A stretch of DNA of 63,727 nucleotides, counting the filler, from Octopus bimaculoides (Eukaryota), in assembly GCF_001194135.2 (NCBI RefSeq). It is 4 parts of 4 records of this genome, joined end to end, with 100 filler letters (N's around TTAATTAATTAA, not from the genome) between each part and the next. Parts side by side here need not be neighbours in the genome. Positions count along the whole stretch, not along the records: positions 33,687 to 60,515 come from NC_068985.1; positions 60,616 to 63,727 come from NC_068986.1; 2 more parts are not named here. One strand, written 5' to 3'. A program made the position numbers and the translations under genes. Under the pieces are notes generated by a model. It was not told the origin of the DNA. It saw only the letters and a list, made by a program, of their open reading frames with translations, and did not search any database. Below are positions 51,672 to 63,727 of the stretch, in pieces. Positions within the stretch are counted from its first letter, which is position 1. Each line of letters opens with the position of its first letter.

Positions 51672-51760
51672 TTGTTGTTGGCACTCCGTCGCTTACGACG
51701 TCGATGGTTCCTGTTGATCCGATCAACGGAACAGCCTGTTCGTGAAATTAACGTGCAAGT
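51672..51760 (-). mobile_element. Family C SINE 3' tail fragment
   Basis: Near-identical to ~46582-46668. Confidence 0.85.
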
Positions 51761-52197
51761 ATGTATGTATATATGTATGTATGTACAAATTTGTATGTTT
51801 TATGTACGTATTCTCATGCATATAGTTACATGTATGTATGTATGTATGTATGTATGTATGTGTGTATGTGCACATGTATGTATTATGTCTACATGTCTGT
51901 ATGTATGCATGTTGACAGATTGGTATACATGTGTATACGTATGTATTTATGAATGCATACATGATTAGATTTCTCTCTCTCTTGCTCTCTCTCTCTCTCT
52001 CTCTCGCTCTCTTGCTCTATCTCTCTCGCTCTCTTGCTCTCTCTCTCGCTCTCTTGCTCTCTCTCTCTCGCTCTCTTGCTCTCTCCCGCTCTCTTGCTCT
52101 CTCTCTCTCTTTATTGCTCTCTCTCTCTTGCTCTTTCTCTCTCTTTCTCTCTCTCTCTCGCTCTCACTCTCTCTCTCTCGTTCTCTCTCTCTCTCTT

Positions 52198-52235
<38 letters not shown>

Positions 52236-52797
52236 TCTCTCGCTTTCTCTTTCTCTTCGTACGCGCTTGCATGCGNNNNNNNNNNNNNNNNNNNNNNNNN
52301 NNNNNNNNNNNNNNNNNNNNNNNNNNNNNNNNNNNNNNNNNNNNNNNNNNNNNNNNNNNNNNNNNNNNNNNNNNNNNNNNNNNNNNNNNNNNNNNNNNNN
52401 NNNNNNNNNNNNNNNNNNNNNNNNNNNNNNNNNNNNNNNNNNNNNNNNNNNNNNNNNNNNNNNNNNNNNNNNNNNNNNNNNNNNNNNNNNNNNNNNNNNN
52501 NNNNNNNNNNNNNNNNNNNNNNNNNNNNNNNNNNNNNNNNNNNNNNNNNNNNNNNNNNNNNNNNNNNNNNNNNNNNNNNNNNGGGGGGGGGAGCGTTGTT
52601 ATAGAGAAGCAAGCACCGCTTAATCAGAGCGGTGCAAGAGGCTGCTGTTGATGTGACGCTAAACCTGAAAGCCCAATTTAAAGGAGGGGATGCCGGCCTT
52701 CTGTACGCATATATAGACTCGAGTACTACTAAGCTGCCGTCATCATTATTATCAGCATCCCACCTTTTCTTCCTGCTCCTCCTCTTCTCCATCCTCA

Positions 52798-52855
<58 letters not shown>

Positions 52856-52947
52856 CATCGTCGTTATCACCATCAACCGAGACGTCGCCACCAGCACGAC
52901 GACGACGACCATCACCATCATCACCAGCACTACCAACACTATCACTG

Positions 52948-52981
<34 letters not shown>

Positions 52982-53867
52982 AATTATCATCATCATCATC
53001 GTCGTGGTCGTGGTCGTTGTCGTCATTGACATATTCACCATGATCATGATTGGGATTATCATTGAACGAACACCAACATCAGCAGCATGCCCCCCCCCCN
53101 NNNNNNNNNNNNNNNNNNNNNNNNNNNNNNNNNNNNNNNNNNNNNNNNNNNNNNNNNNNNNNNNNNNNNNNNNNNNNNNNNNNNNNNNNNNNNNNNNNNN
53201 NNNNNNNNNNNNNNNNNNNNNNNNNNNNNNNNNNNNNNNNNNNNNNNNNNNNNNNNNNNNNNNNNNNNNNNNNNNNNNNNNNNNNNNNNNNNNNNNNNNN
53301 NNNNNNNNNNNNNNNNNNNNNNNNNNNNNNNNNNNNNNNNNNNNNNNNNNNNNNNNNNNNNNNNNNNNNNNNNNNNNNNNNNNNNNNNNNNNNNNNNNNN
53401 NNNNNNNNNNNNNNNNNNNNNNNNNNNNNNNNNNNNNNNNNNNNNNNNNNNNNNNNNNNNNNNNNNNNNNNNNNNNNNNNNNNNNNNNNNNNNNNNNNNN
53501 NNNNNNNNNNNNNNNNNNNNNNNNNNNNNNNNNNNNNNNNNNNNNNNNNNNNNNNNNNNNNNNNNNNNNNNNNNNNNNNNNNNNNNNNNNNNNNNNNNNN
53601 NNNNNNNNNNNNNNNNNNNNNNNNNNNNNNNNNNNNNNNNNNNNNNNNNNNNNNNNNNNNNNNNNNNNNNNNNNNNNNNNNNNNNNNNNNNNNNNNNNNN
53701 NNNNNNNNNNNNNNNNNNNNNNNNNNNNNNNNNNNNNNNNNNNNNNNNNNNNNNNNNNNNNNNNNNNNNNNNNNNNNNNNNNNNNNNNNNNNNNNNNNNN
53801 NNNNNNNNNNNNNNNNNNNNNNNNNNNNNNNNNNNNNNNNNNNNNNNNNNNNNNNNNNNNNNNNNNA

Positions 53868-54272
53868 TAAACAGCACATGACCTCGTAGGTGGGGCCCAG
53901 TTAGAATTTTTTTCAGGTCAAGTAGCCCATCCCGCTCAAAAGGTCCTTGAATAAAGGTTGTTTCAGGATGTCGAACGAAATACCCATGTTTCCAAAGGTG
54001 AATTATTCAAACCCCAAAGAATTCCTCTCAACACATGGCTATGATGCTCCCCCACTACTTCTGCTCGTGATCAGAGATGCACATATCGTCAGCCACCAAG
54101 GGACATGCTCAACTGGTTAAGGTCAAACAACTGACAAGCAATTCTGTGGTATTGAGCAGAATATTTGCTGTAGCCCATTTTTTATACCAAGACAAAACAA
54201 TGTACATAACACTCCCAGTCAATTAAGATCAGAAGCCATGAGAGCCACCTCCTGGTATTGCATCCGGGCATT
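53868..54272. mobile_element. Unclassified interspersed repeat, copy 2, abutting (TTA)n
   Basis: Homologous to 48575-48775; right end joins an ATT array, left end lost in a gap. Confidence 0.75.
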
Positions 54273-54496
54273 TATTATTATGATTATTATTATTGCTATT
54301 ATTATTATCATTATTATTATTATTATTGTTCAGTAGTTTTATTTTTATAACGTGCTTTCACTTCACTACCGAGTGCAGCTCTGTGCGCCTTGGGTGTGTG
54401 CTGTGGTTTGCTGTGATGCTCTTATGGTTACTGTATTGAAAGTGTTTTGCGTAGGATGTGTGCAGTACCCAGTAGTGCAATTTTCTGTATGTTATA

Positions 54497-54544
<48 letters not shown>

Positions 54545-54596
54545 TATTATTATTATTATTATCATCATCATCATCATCATCATCATCATTATTATT

Positions 54597-54810
54597 AAGG
54601 CGGTGAACTAGCGGAATCGTTCTCTCGCCCGGACAAAACGTTTAAACGGCACTTCCGTCCGTCGTAACGGTGACACTTCAAATTCCGCCCAGATCGACTT
54701 TACCTTCCACCCCCTCTCATCCGGGTGCCGGTGGGGGCAACACAATAAATAAGTACCAGTCAAGTATTGGGGATGATTGTATCCGACTTTTCCCCCTCCC
54801 CTCAAAAACA
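54597..54810 (+). mobile_element. Decayed family B SINE
   Basis: AAGGCGGTGAACTAGCGGAATCGTT...CAAATTCCGCC...AATAAGTACCAGT. Confidence 0.7.
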
Positions 54811-55069
54811 GCTGGTTCCGTACCAAACTCTTACATCACTGTTTTTTGTTATTATATTCATGTTACTATTTCTCTTGTTACTGTTGCAAACGATGTTCGG
54901 ACAGTTGTTGTTGATATTGTTGTTGTTATTGTTCTTAATATCCCGATTCCTGATGTTGTTGTTATTGTTGTTGTTACTATGGTCGTTGTTGTTGTTCATA
55001 TTGTTGTCACAGTTGTTATTGCTGTTGTTGCAATCCTTTGCTATTGCTTCTACTCTTGCATGCAGTTAC

Positions 55070-55152
<83 letters not shown>

Positions 55153-55250
55153 TAGTAGTAGTAGCAGTAGTAGTAGTAGTCGTAATAGCAGTAGTAGTAG
55201 TAGTAGTCGTAGTAGCAGTAGTAGTAGCAGTAGTAGTAGTAGTAGTTGTT

Positions 55251-55297
<47 letters not shown>

Positions 55298-55345
55298 TGT
55301 TGTAGTAGTAGCTGTTGTTCTAGTAGTTGTTTTTTCATCAGCTGC

Positions 55346-55399
<54 letters not shown>

Positions 55400-55447
55400 T
55401 GTTGTAGTAGTAGCTGTTGTTCTAGTAGTTGTTTTTTCATCAGCTGC

Positions 55448-55495
<48 letters not shown>

Positions 55496-55505
55496 GGTGG
55501 TGGTG

Positions 55506-55557
<52 letters not shown>
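55070..55557. repeat. (TAG)n/(TGG)n array with an internal duplicated block
   Basis: GCTGTTGTTCTAGTAGTTGTTTTTTCATCAGCTGCAG occurs twice. Confidence 0.9.
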
Positions 55558-56517
55558 GTGATGTTGATCTGTCAGTAACTCTGTGTAGCTTTTAAACACC
55601 CGCTTGCTGCAATAGTTGAAGTAAAAGCAGGTAGCGATCGCTAACGGTGCAACAGCGGTGCAGTGAAACTGCATAGGGGTGTGTGGGGGGTTGCTGGGTA
55701 ACAATAGCAGATGATGATGGTGGTGGTGGTGTCGGTGGTGTTGGTGGTGGTGGTGGTGGTGGTGGTGCATGCGTAGAAAAGCCGTTGCGATATAAGTGCG
55801 ATATCGGAAAAGCGGGAAAGTGAACGACTAATTTACAGCAGTGTGGCGGCGGCGGTAGCAGCGGCGATGGTGATGACGATGATGGGGGGTTTGGTGGATA
55901 AGGTGAATATGTATATGTAGGGAGAGTGGAGTAACAATTGCTAGGGGTGGCCATGGTATGGTAGCGGGCAGAGATGAAGGAGAAGAAAAGGGATCAGGGA
56001 TATAGTAGAGAAATGGGCAACAACGTGTACTGGGCTGTTGTTAGCTCTAGGTAGGTGGTGGTGATGGTGGTGGTGGTATTGGTGGCTGTTGTGATGGTGC
56101 TAATGCTGATTGTGGATGAGGTGGTAGTGGTTATTGCGGTGGTAGTTGAGCTACAGTTGGTGGTGATGGTGATGATGATGGTTGTATTGATAGTTGTAAT
56201 GGTGGTAGTGGGTATGGTGTCGGTGATGAAATGATGATGCAGTGTTGGTGATGGTAGTAGTGGTGGTACTGGTGGTGGCGATGTGGTGGTGATGATTGAA
56301 GTGGTAACTGTAGTGGTGGTAGTGGGGTGGGGAAGGCAGGGCGATGCTAGTGATAGTGGGAAATGTAGTGGTGGTAGTGGCGCTGGTGGTGATGATGATG
56401 ATGGTGGTGGAGGTGGTAGTGATGCTGGCAGTGGTAGCGGTGGTGGTGATGATTGAAGTGGTAACTGTAGTGGTGGTGGTGCGGCGGTGGTGTTAGTGGT
56501 GGTGATGGTGGTGGTAG

Positions 56518-56809
56518 GATGATGATAGTGGTGGTAGCGGTGGTAGTGGTAGTGTTGATGGTTTAGGTGGTGGTGGGGATGATGATGGTGGTGGTGGCAG
56601 TGGTGGTGGTAGTATTGATGGTTTAGGTGGTGGTAGTGCTGATGGNNNNNNNNNNNNNNNNNNNNNNNNNNNNNNNNNNNNNGGATGATGATGGTGGTGG
56701 TGGCAGTGGTGGTGGTAGTATTGATGGTTTAGGTGGTGGTAGTGCTGATGATGATGGTGGTGGTGGCAGTGGTGGTGGTAGTATTGATGGTTTAGGTGGT
56801 GGTAGTGCT
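56518..56809. repeat. 63-bp minisatellite within GGT-rich low complexity
   Basis: Units start at 56518 (60 bp), 56578, 56684 and 56747; a gap lies between units 2 and 3. Confidence 0.85.
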
Positions 56810-57451
56810 GATGGTGGTAGTTGTGGTGATGGTGGTAGTTGTGGTAACAGTGGTGGTGGTGATGGTATTGGTCATGATGTAAATGTCGATGACGATGATG
56901 GTCATGCCGATAGTTGTGGTGTTGGTCGCGGTAGTATTGGCGAGAATATTGGTAGTGGTGGTGCCTTGTGCTAGCGAAGGTACTAGTTTTTGTTGCAGTA
57001 TTGTTGAAGAAGTCGGTGGTGGTGGCCATTGGGATAAATGCGAGGTGGTTGTGTTGAACGCAGATTTATTACCAGACGAAAGAAAGTCGAGGTGCATAGA
57101 AATGTGCAGCAAGGTGCAGAAGTGGCGCCGATTGTAGCGGTGGTGCGGGAGATTGAGGTCCGTGATGGTGCAACCTAACTGCAATAATGCATTTTATATT
57201 CTTGTTGTTTTGTTCATCTCTTACTGCAGCAATGCATCTGTGTTGCACTGAAAGTTGCATCACAGACAAAACAACAGATGCATCTCCTTGCCAGGCTGTC
57301 TGTGTGTCTATCCTACGTGAATAAGGCTTGCGTGTGTATGTGTGTGTGCGTGTGTGTGTGTGTGTGAGTGCGTTTGTGCGTGTGTGTGTGTGTGTGAGTG
57401 CGTTTGTGCGTGTAGTGTGTTGTGTATATATCTATGTGGTCTATATTTATG

Positions 57452-57482
<31 letters not shown>

Positions 57483-57616
57483 ATGTGTGTTGCTGTGTGT
57501 AATGGATGTATATATGTTTGCATGTATATATGCATATATCTGTCTATGCATATATGTACATATACATATAAGTGTGTATGTCTGTGGGTATATACATATG
57601 TATATGTATACAGGCA

Positions 57617-57648
<32 letters not shown>

Positions 57649-58295
57649 NNNNNNNNNNNNNNNNNNNNNNNNNNNNNNNNNNNNNNNNNNNNNNNNNNNN
57701 NNNNNNNNNNNNNNNNNNNNNNNNNNNNNNNNNNNNNNNNNNNNNNNNNNNNNNNNNNNNNNNNNNNNNNNNNNNNNNNNNNNNNNNNNNNNNNNNNNNN
57801 NNNNNNNNNNNNNNNNNNNNNNNNNNNNNNNNNNNNNNNNNNNNNNNNNNNNNNNNNNNNNNNNNNNNNNNNNNNNNNNNNNNNNNNNNNNNNNNNNNNN
57901 NNNNNNNNNNNNNNNNNNNNNNNNNNNNNNNNNNNNNNNNNNNNNNNNNNNNNNNNNNNNNNNNNNNNNNNNNNNNNNNNNNNNNNNNNNNNNNNNNNNN
58001 NNNNNNNNNNNNNNNNNNNNNNNNNNNNNNNNNNNNNNNNNNNNNNNNNNNNNNNNNNNNNNNNNNNNNNNNNNNNNNNNNNNNNNNNNNNNNNNNNNNN
58101 NNNNNNNNNNNNNNNNNNNNNNNNNNNNNNNNNNNNNNNNNNNNNNNNNNNNNNNNNNNNNNNNNNNNNNNNNNNNNNNNNNNNNNNNNNNNNATGTTTG
58201 TGGCGACGGGGTGGCGGTGATGTGGTGGTGCGAACGCTTAGATCAATGTGGGTGTATAAAAGATAGAGAGTGGTAGGGGGAGGAAGGAGTGAGAA

Positions 58296-58340
<45 letters not shown>

Positions 58341-58472
58341 CAGACATACAGACTAGCAAACAGAGGGGTAGTTTACAGACAGGGGATTTGGGGGTGGGGA
58401 TTGGGTGGATATGCTTGTAGCTATGGATAAATCGGTGTCGATGTATGCGTACAGTAGTATATATTCGTGCCC

Positions 58473-58505
<33 letters not shown>

Positions 58506-58853
58506 AAAGATGTCAATACACACAAAAATATACATACATGCCTGTATAAAGAGCTGTCGAAACGTAAATATGAGAAATAGGCACTTCACTACGGTGCCAG
58601 TCTAATTTAGGACTACTTTATTATATTAAGTTGTTCGATGCTGTCGAGGAAGAAATTCTGGCATGTCTTTCTTGACGAGTGATCAACAAGTTGCCAAACG
58701 GTCCATCAGGAGACTCTCTGTCTCCTTTTCTCACCCGCATACCCGTAGCATAGAATGTTTAGATTCATATTTCACCCACAGTGAGGCTTTGTAATTTATC
58801 AAATGCATTTCAATTTTTCCTGATTTAAGCAGTGTCTTTATGTAAAATGGATG

Positions 58854-58920
<67 letters not shown>

Positions 58921-58984
58921 ACACATACACATACATTTAATGGAAACACATGAAGCAGCGAAAGATGAAATATGTATATCGTTT

Positions 58985-59300
58985 ATCTTTTACTTGTTTC
59001 AGTGGAAAGCGGCCATGCTGGAGGGTTGATCGTCTTGAAGAGTTTTGTCGGACAAATTAATACCAGTATTTATTTCATCGGTCTCTTCTTGCGGAACAGT
59101 TGAGTTACGGGAACGTAAACAAACCAACACCTGACGTCAAGCAGCAGTGTGGGACACACAAAAACACAAAGATATACACATACATATATGTGTGTGTGTG
59201 TATACACAACGGGCTTCTTTCAGTTTCCTTCTACCAATATCTGCTCAGAAGGCTTTGGTCGATTCGGTTTGAATCCGAAACTGTGTGGTTAGGGATCGAA
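58985..59300 (-). mobile_element. Decayed family A SINE
   Basis: TTTACTTGTTTCAGT...GCGGCCATGCTGGAG...ACGGGCTTCTTTCAGTTTCC. Confidence 0.75.
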
Positions 59301-59312
59301 TTTATGAGTGTT

Positions 59313-59373
<61 letters not shown>

Positions 59374-59895
59374 NNNNNNNNNNNNNNNNNNNNNNNNNNN
59401 NNNNNNNNNNNNNNNNNNNNNNNNNNNNNNNNNNNNNNNNNNNNNNNNNNNNNNNNNNNNNNNNNNNNNNNNNNNNNNNNNNNNNNNNNNNNNNNNNNNN
59501 NNNNNNNNNNNNNNNNNNNNNNNNNNNNNNNNNNNNNNNNNNNNNNNNNNNNNNNNNNNNNNNNNNNNNNNNNNNNNNNNNNNNNNNNNNNNNNNNNNNN
59601 NNNNNNNNNNNNNNNNNNNNNNNNNNNNNNNNNNNNNNNNNNNNNNNNNNNNNNNNNNNNNNNNNNNNNNNNNNNNNNNNNNNNNNNNNNNNNNNNNNNN
59701 NNNNNNNNNNNNNNNNNNNNNNNNNNNNNNNNNNNNNNNNNNNNNNNNNNNNNNNNNNNNNNNNNNNNNNNNNNNNNNNNNNNNNNNNNNNNNNNNNNNN
59801 NNNNNNNNNNNNNNNNNNNNNNNNNNNNNNNNNNNACCACCACTACCACCAATACCACCAACACTACCTCCGCCGCCACCGCCACAACCACCACC

Positions 59896-59927
<32 letters not shown>

Positions 59928-60014
59928 CAACAACAACACCAACACCACCACTGCCACAACTATCACTGGCTCCACCACTACTGCATCGCTTGAAACACCC
60001 GGATTGATTTGATA

Positions 60015-60180
60015 ACGTGCTAGTAACCTAGCGGTTCGGCAAAAACACAAAAGTGACCGAGAGAATAAGAGCCAGACTTAGGAATACGTATTAGAGTCGA
60101 TTTGTTCGACTAAAGCCCTTCAAGACTGCGCTACAGCATGGCCACGCAATATAATGAACGGAATAATTAAAAGATAAAAA
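60015..60180 (+). mobile_element. Family A SINE tail fragment
   Basis: CCTAGCGGTTCGGCAAAA...GTCGATTTGTTCGACTAAA...CAGCATGGCC. Confidence 0.7.
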
Positions 60181-60284
60181 TATAACACAACAGCTGCAAG
60201 CAAGAAATGCACCACAACACGCAGTAGCAACAGCAGCTGCATCTGCACATCATCTGCACCGGCATCTGTTCAAGAGCCATTACC

Positions 60285-60316
<32 letters not shown>

Positions 60317-60484
60317 CAACAACAAAACTACCACGAGCTAACGTGGGGAGCTTCTCAGTGTTCGTTCAACAAACTAGAAATAGCAGACAGATCGCCTTCA
60401 TCTTATGTGTCCTACCGTCTGAACTTCTTTTATCAAGTGGTGCACTCTCGATTATGTGGTTTTAATTTCTTTAGCATATATGTA

Positions 60485-60515
<31 letters not shown>

Positions 60516-60719
60516 NNNNNNNNNNNNNNNNNNNNNNNNNNNNNNNNNNNNNNNNNNNNTTAATTAATTAANNNNNNNNNNNNNNNNNNNNNNNNNNNNN
60601 NNNNNNNNNNNNNNNTATATATATATATATATATATTTATATATCATCTTATCTTGGTCATGCTGGGGTACCGTCTTGAATCAAGGCAGACCTGGGGCAA
60701 AAGCTAACATCATCCTTCA

Positions 60720-61040
60720 ATACATTACATCACAGAATACGATATTACATTGCACCATATTATACAACAGTACATCGCACTTAATCACGCTACGTCACCT
60801 TACATAGCTCTATATCACAATACGTCACACAACGTCGTACTATATGACACTACATAATAATACGCCATGTCATACTACATCACACTGCTTCACACTACTT
60901 CATTTCATAGTACACTAACTCGTACTACACCACACATCTTCACACTACATCTCTCAAGATCACACTACTTCATACTACATCATTCTATGTCACATTACTT
61001 CCTTCTGTACTATAATTACACTATAGTACACTACAACACA
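60720..61040. repeat. Degenerate pentanucleotide (CACTA/CATCA-like) repeat
   Basis: Visible 5-nt periodicity. Confidence 0.65.
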
Positions 61041-63681
61041 CTACAAACGCTATGTAGAAATGCAAAAGCATCCAGAAGCAAAAACAACAAAAACAAATAT
61101 TAGTTCGAGGTAACTAATTTTACGATGTAAAGAATAAGAAGAGAGAGGTTCAACGTTTCGGACTGTGTTCTGTCGCCAAGAAAACAAAACAGAGAAGAAA
61201 AAGGTCATAAAATAGTGGGATTTTCCACAGAGATTCAATCTTATCAAATGATCTTTATTCTCTCTTTATCTTAATAGTGTGCCACATTTAAAAACAATGA
61301 GGGCTGCCTTCTCTGAATAGTAAGATAATACTGCAATAAACTGATATTCTATTACTGCTAATACAGTACTCCACTAAATCACAATATTCTACAATTCTAG
61401 CAGTCTGGATATTCTATACCTTTGTCTTGTTGAAGACTGTACAGATCCACCAAGCAGCGTTTGTTGTTGTTGTTGTTGTTATTGTTGTTATCGTTGTTTA
61501 ACCCCAAGTCATGTCGGTGTGACATAGTGTTGCATTATGCATTGTGGAGTGGTGTGGTGTAGATTTAGTTGTTGTCGAGGGGAGTGGTGTATATTTTAAT
61601 CATAACCTAAATGATGGTAGTGTAGGGTCATATGTTGTTTGGTGTTGTGGTGTAGTGCAAGATCAGGTGTGGTGGAATGATGTGGTGAAACATGAGATTG
61701 GGCACTGGGGAGTGGTGTGGAGTAGCGAGCGTTTAGTAATAACAACAATTATTGCTTCCTTTAATTAGAATCAAGGCTTTGCCGACCCGATAGTCGACTA
61801 AGCCTTGTGAATGAATTCGGGATTCGGGTAAACGGAAATTGAGGAGACCACTTGGAAGGAATGTCCTTGTGCTTGGGCTGTACACTTAATCTGTCACTCA
61901 GTTTAACACCGCAGTCTGTTCCTAGGATACCCTTAGCAGATTTCACTCTGTTTTAAGGACCAATTATTAAGACCAAGTTTCTGTGCAGTAGGAAGGCAAC
62001 CCAGTATTTTAATACACCATATTAATCCATTTGTCGTAGTTCAGTTCTCCTTGGCCTCCCAACAGGTTCAGAGACCTTGTAAATGGTCATGAGTACTACT
62101 CTTTCTTTCTGGACTAATTCATGACAAAAAAGACGGTATTAATTGAGATTACAGCAGTATATTACTAGTACTCATTGTATCAACTATAGAATCATGCCAA
62201 GGATCTAAATTCGACTTAGCGAGTAAATAGGATTTGAACTCAGAAAAATGAGGCAGCAACTCAGATGATGCAAACCGATATCGGCTCTAAACAACAGCAT
62301 TAGTTAGATAAGAGTCTGTAATCATGTTTCAGTTTCTGGTTGTAGCTGTATCACTTGAACCATCATATAATTCTCCTGTCACTCTGTTAGTAAGCGCGTA
62401 CGTTTTGCTCCACCACTTTGCTACCACTCTTGATTAGATCAAGTTATCACATGAGTTAATGGTAAAAGCTTATCAATCCAGAACATATAGAAAGACCTAC
62501 ATAAAGAACATTAAATGCACTTTAACGAAAATATCATTTTCTAAGTTATTGCATATGTGAACCGTTAGTTTGCTCATATTTTCTAGCTAACATTTACTTG
62601 TTATCTGCATTTGAGTGACTATAATGGATTGTTATTATGTATCACAATTTTTGTTTTTAGCATACCTATGCCATATATTTCTGTGTCATATCTTTACCAT
62701 ATATTTAGCTTAGCATATTTGTACCATGAATTCATATTTACTTTACAATTATATTAAATTATTGCGTTACAAATTGAATAAATCAAGTCAAGTGTTGCTT
62801 TTCATTTGACCCACTCCGATCATAAACAGCCGATAATAATAATAGGGATGATGATGTTTGGACAGAAATTGATCCAGTTACAGTGAAATTTCATCATGAA
62901 TAATTTTTCACCAGCAAAAAACTACTACTAGAACTAATCTTACAGTAATGTACACACCAGAAAGTATTCTTGCATTTCACGAGTCGTCCCGCTTTGAAAT
63001 AATGCCATCGGTGCGGCTTATTTTGTAGCAGCGGAAATTACTTTTTAAATATGAAATATAATAAGAACATTGTACAGAATGCCTGCTCCGTGGAACATCC
63101 ACGGGTCCAGCTTGTTAATAATAATTTCTGTTAGAATAATTTCTAGCATCGGTATAAATCCAGAGACATTTGGAGAGGGAACTGTCGAGCTTATTGATTC
63201 TAGTTTAAAATAAAATGTTTAATCGCAACGAAGAGATGAGAGATAGTGTATAATATAGTATAAAACAGAATTGAATGGAGAGGATCAAAGTGTATAGTCC
63301 AGTCTAGTGTGTTATGTTAGCGTAAAAGTTACTATGAATATTGAGTAGAATAGCGAATAACAGTGTAGTGTTGGGGTGTATAATGCAGTGTAAAGATATT
63401 TAGCGGAATGGTTAGACTTTGCTTCGTTGAGGAGGTGTAATAAAGCTAGAATATGTTCCAAGCTATCCCCGTACTGCTAAGCACAAGGCTCTCTTCCTGT
63501 TACATTTCATACTTTAAAGTTTACGAGGAACATTATCGACATTAGTCTCGCCACTCTCGGGGAACCTGTAATGGTCTGGGGCCATTTAATTGCCCTTTCT
63601 CACAGACCTAATAAATAAGACATACTGTTTCATTTATATCGACTTTTTTAAAACGGGCTTGCTTTCATAGAGGGGGAGAGT

Positions 63682-63727
<46 letters not shown>

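Noticed and set aside
54767-55770. Poly-Ser, poly-Val and poly-Leu ORFs
   Set aside because: Translations of (TAG)/(TGG) triplet arrays; no splice or domain support.
63540-63600. Tc1-like VMVWG motif
   Set aside because: Five residues only; flanking sequence does not extend the similarity.

Overview
Eukaryotic, AT-rich, heavily gapped (N runs) and microsatellite-saturated DNA. The repeat families and microsatellite density suggest a cephalopod, probably Octopus (inference, not verified). I find no intact protein-coding gene; nearly all ORFs in the track are translated microsatellites or N gaps. Real coding signal is limited to decayed transposon relics: R4/Dong-like RLE LINEs, RTE LINEs, a Tx1/L1-like LINE, a Penelope GIY-YIG fragment, DD37D-type mariners and a hAT/Charlie fragment. 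There are also more than 25 tRNA-derived SINE copies from about 4 families (my labels A-D). The only likely functional host genes are in a minus-strand tRNA-Ala(AGC) cluster at 42.9-47.7 kb: five full-length copies, about three foldable, plus one truncated, built by nested duplications. Other notable structures: RLE retroelement fragments repeatedly bounded by (TACA)n or (TAA)n; an 833-bp foldback element whose centre is (TTAGGG)-like repeats facing (CCCTAA)-like repeats; a 58-bp-arm palindrome around a degenerate hammerhead core; and a perfect 158-bp inverted duplication next to a gap. SINE and relic boundaries are approximate.
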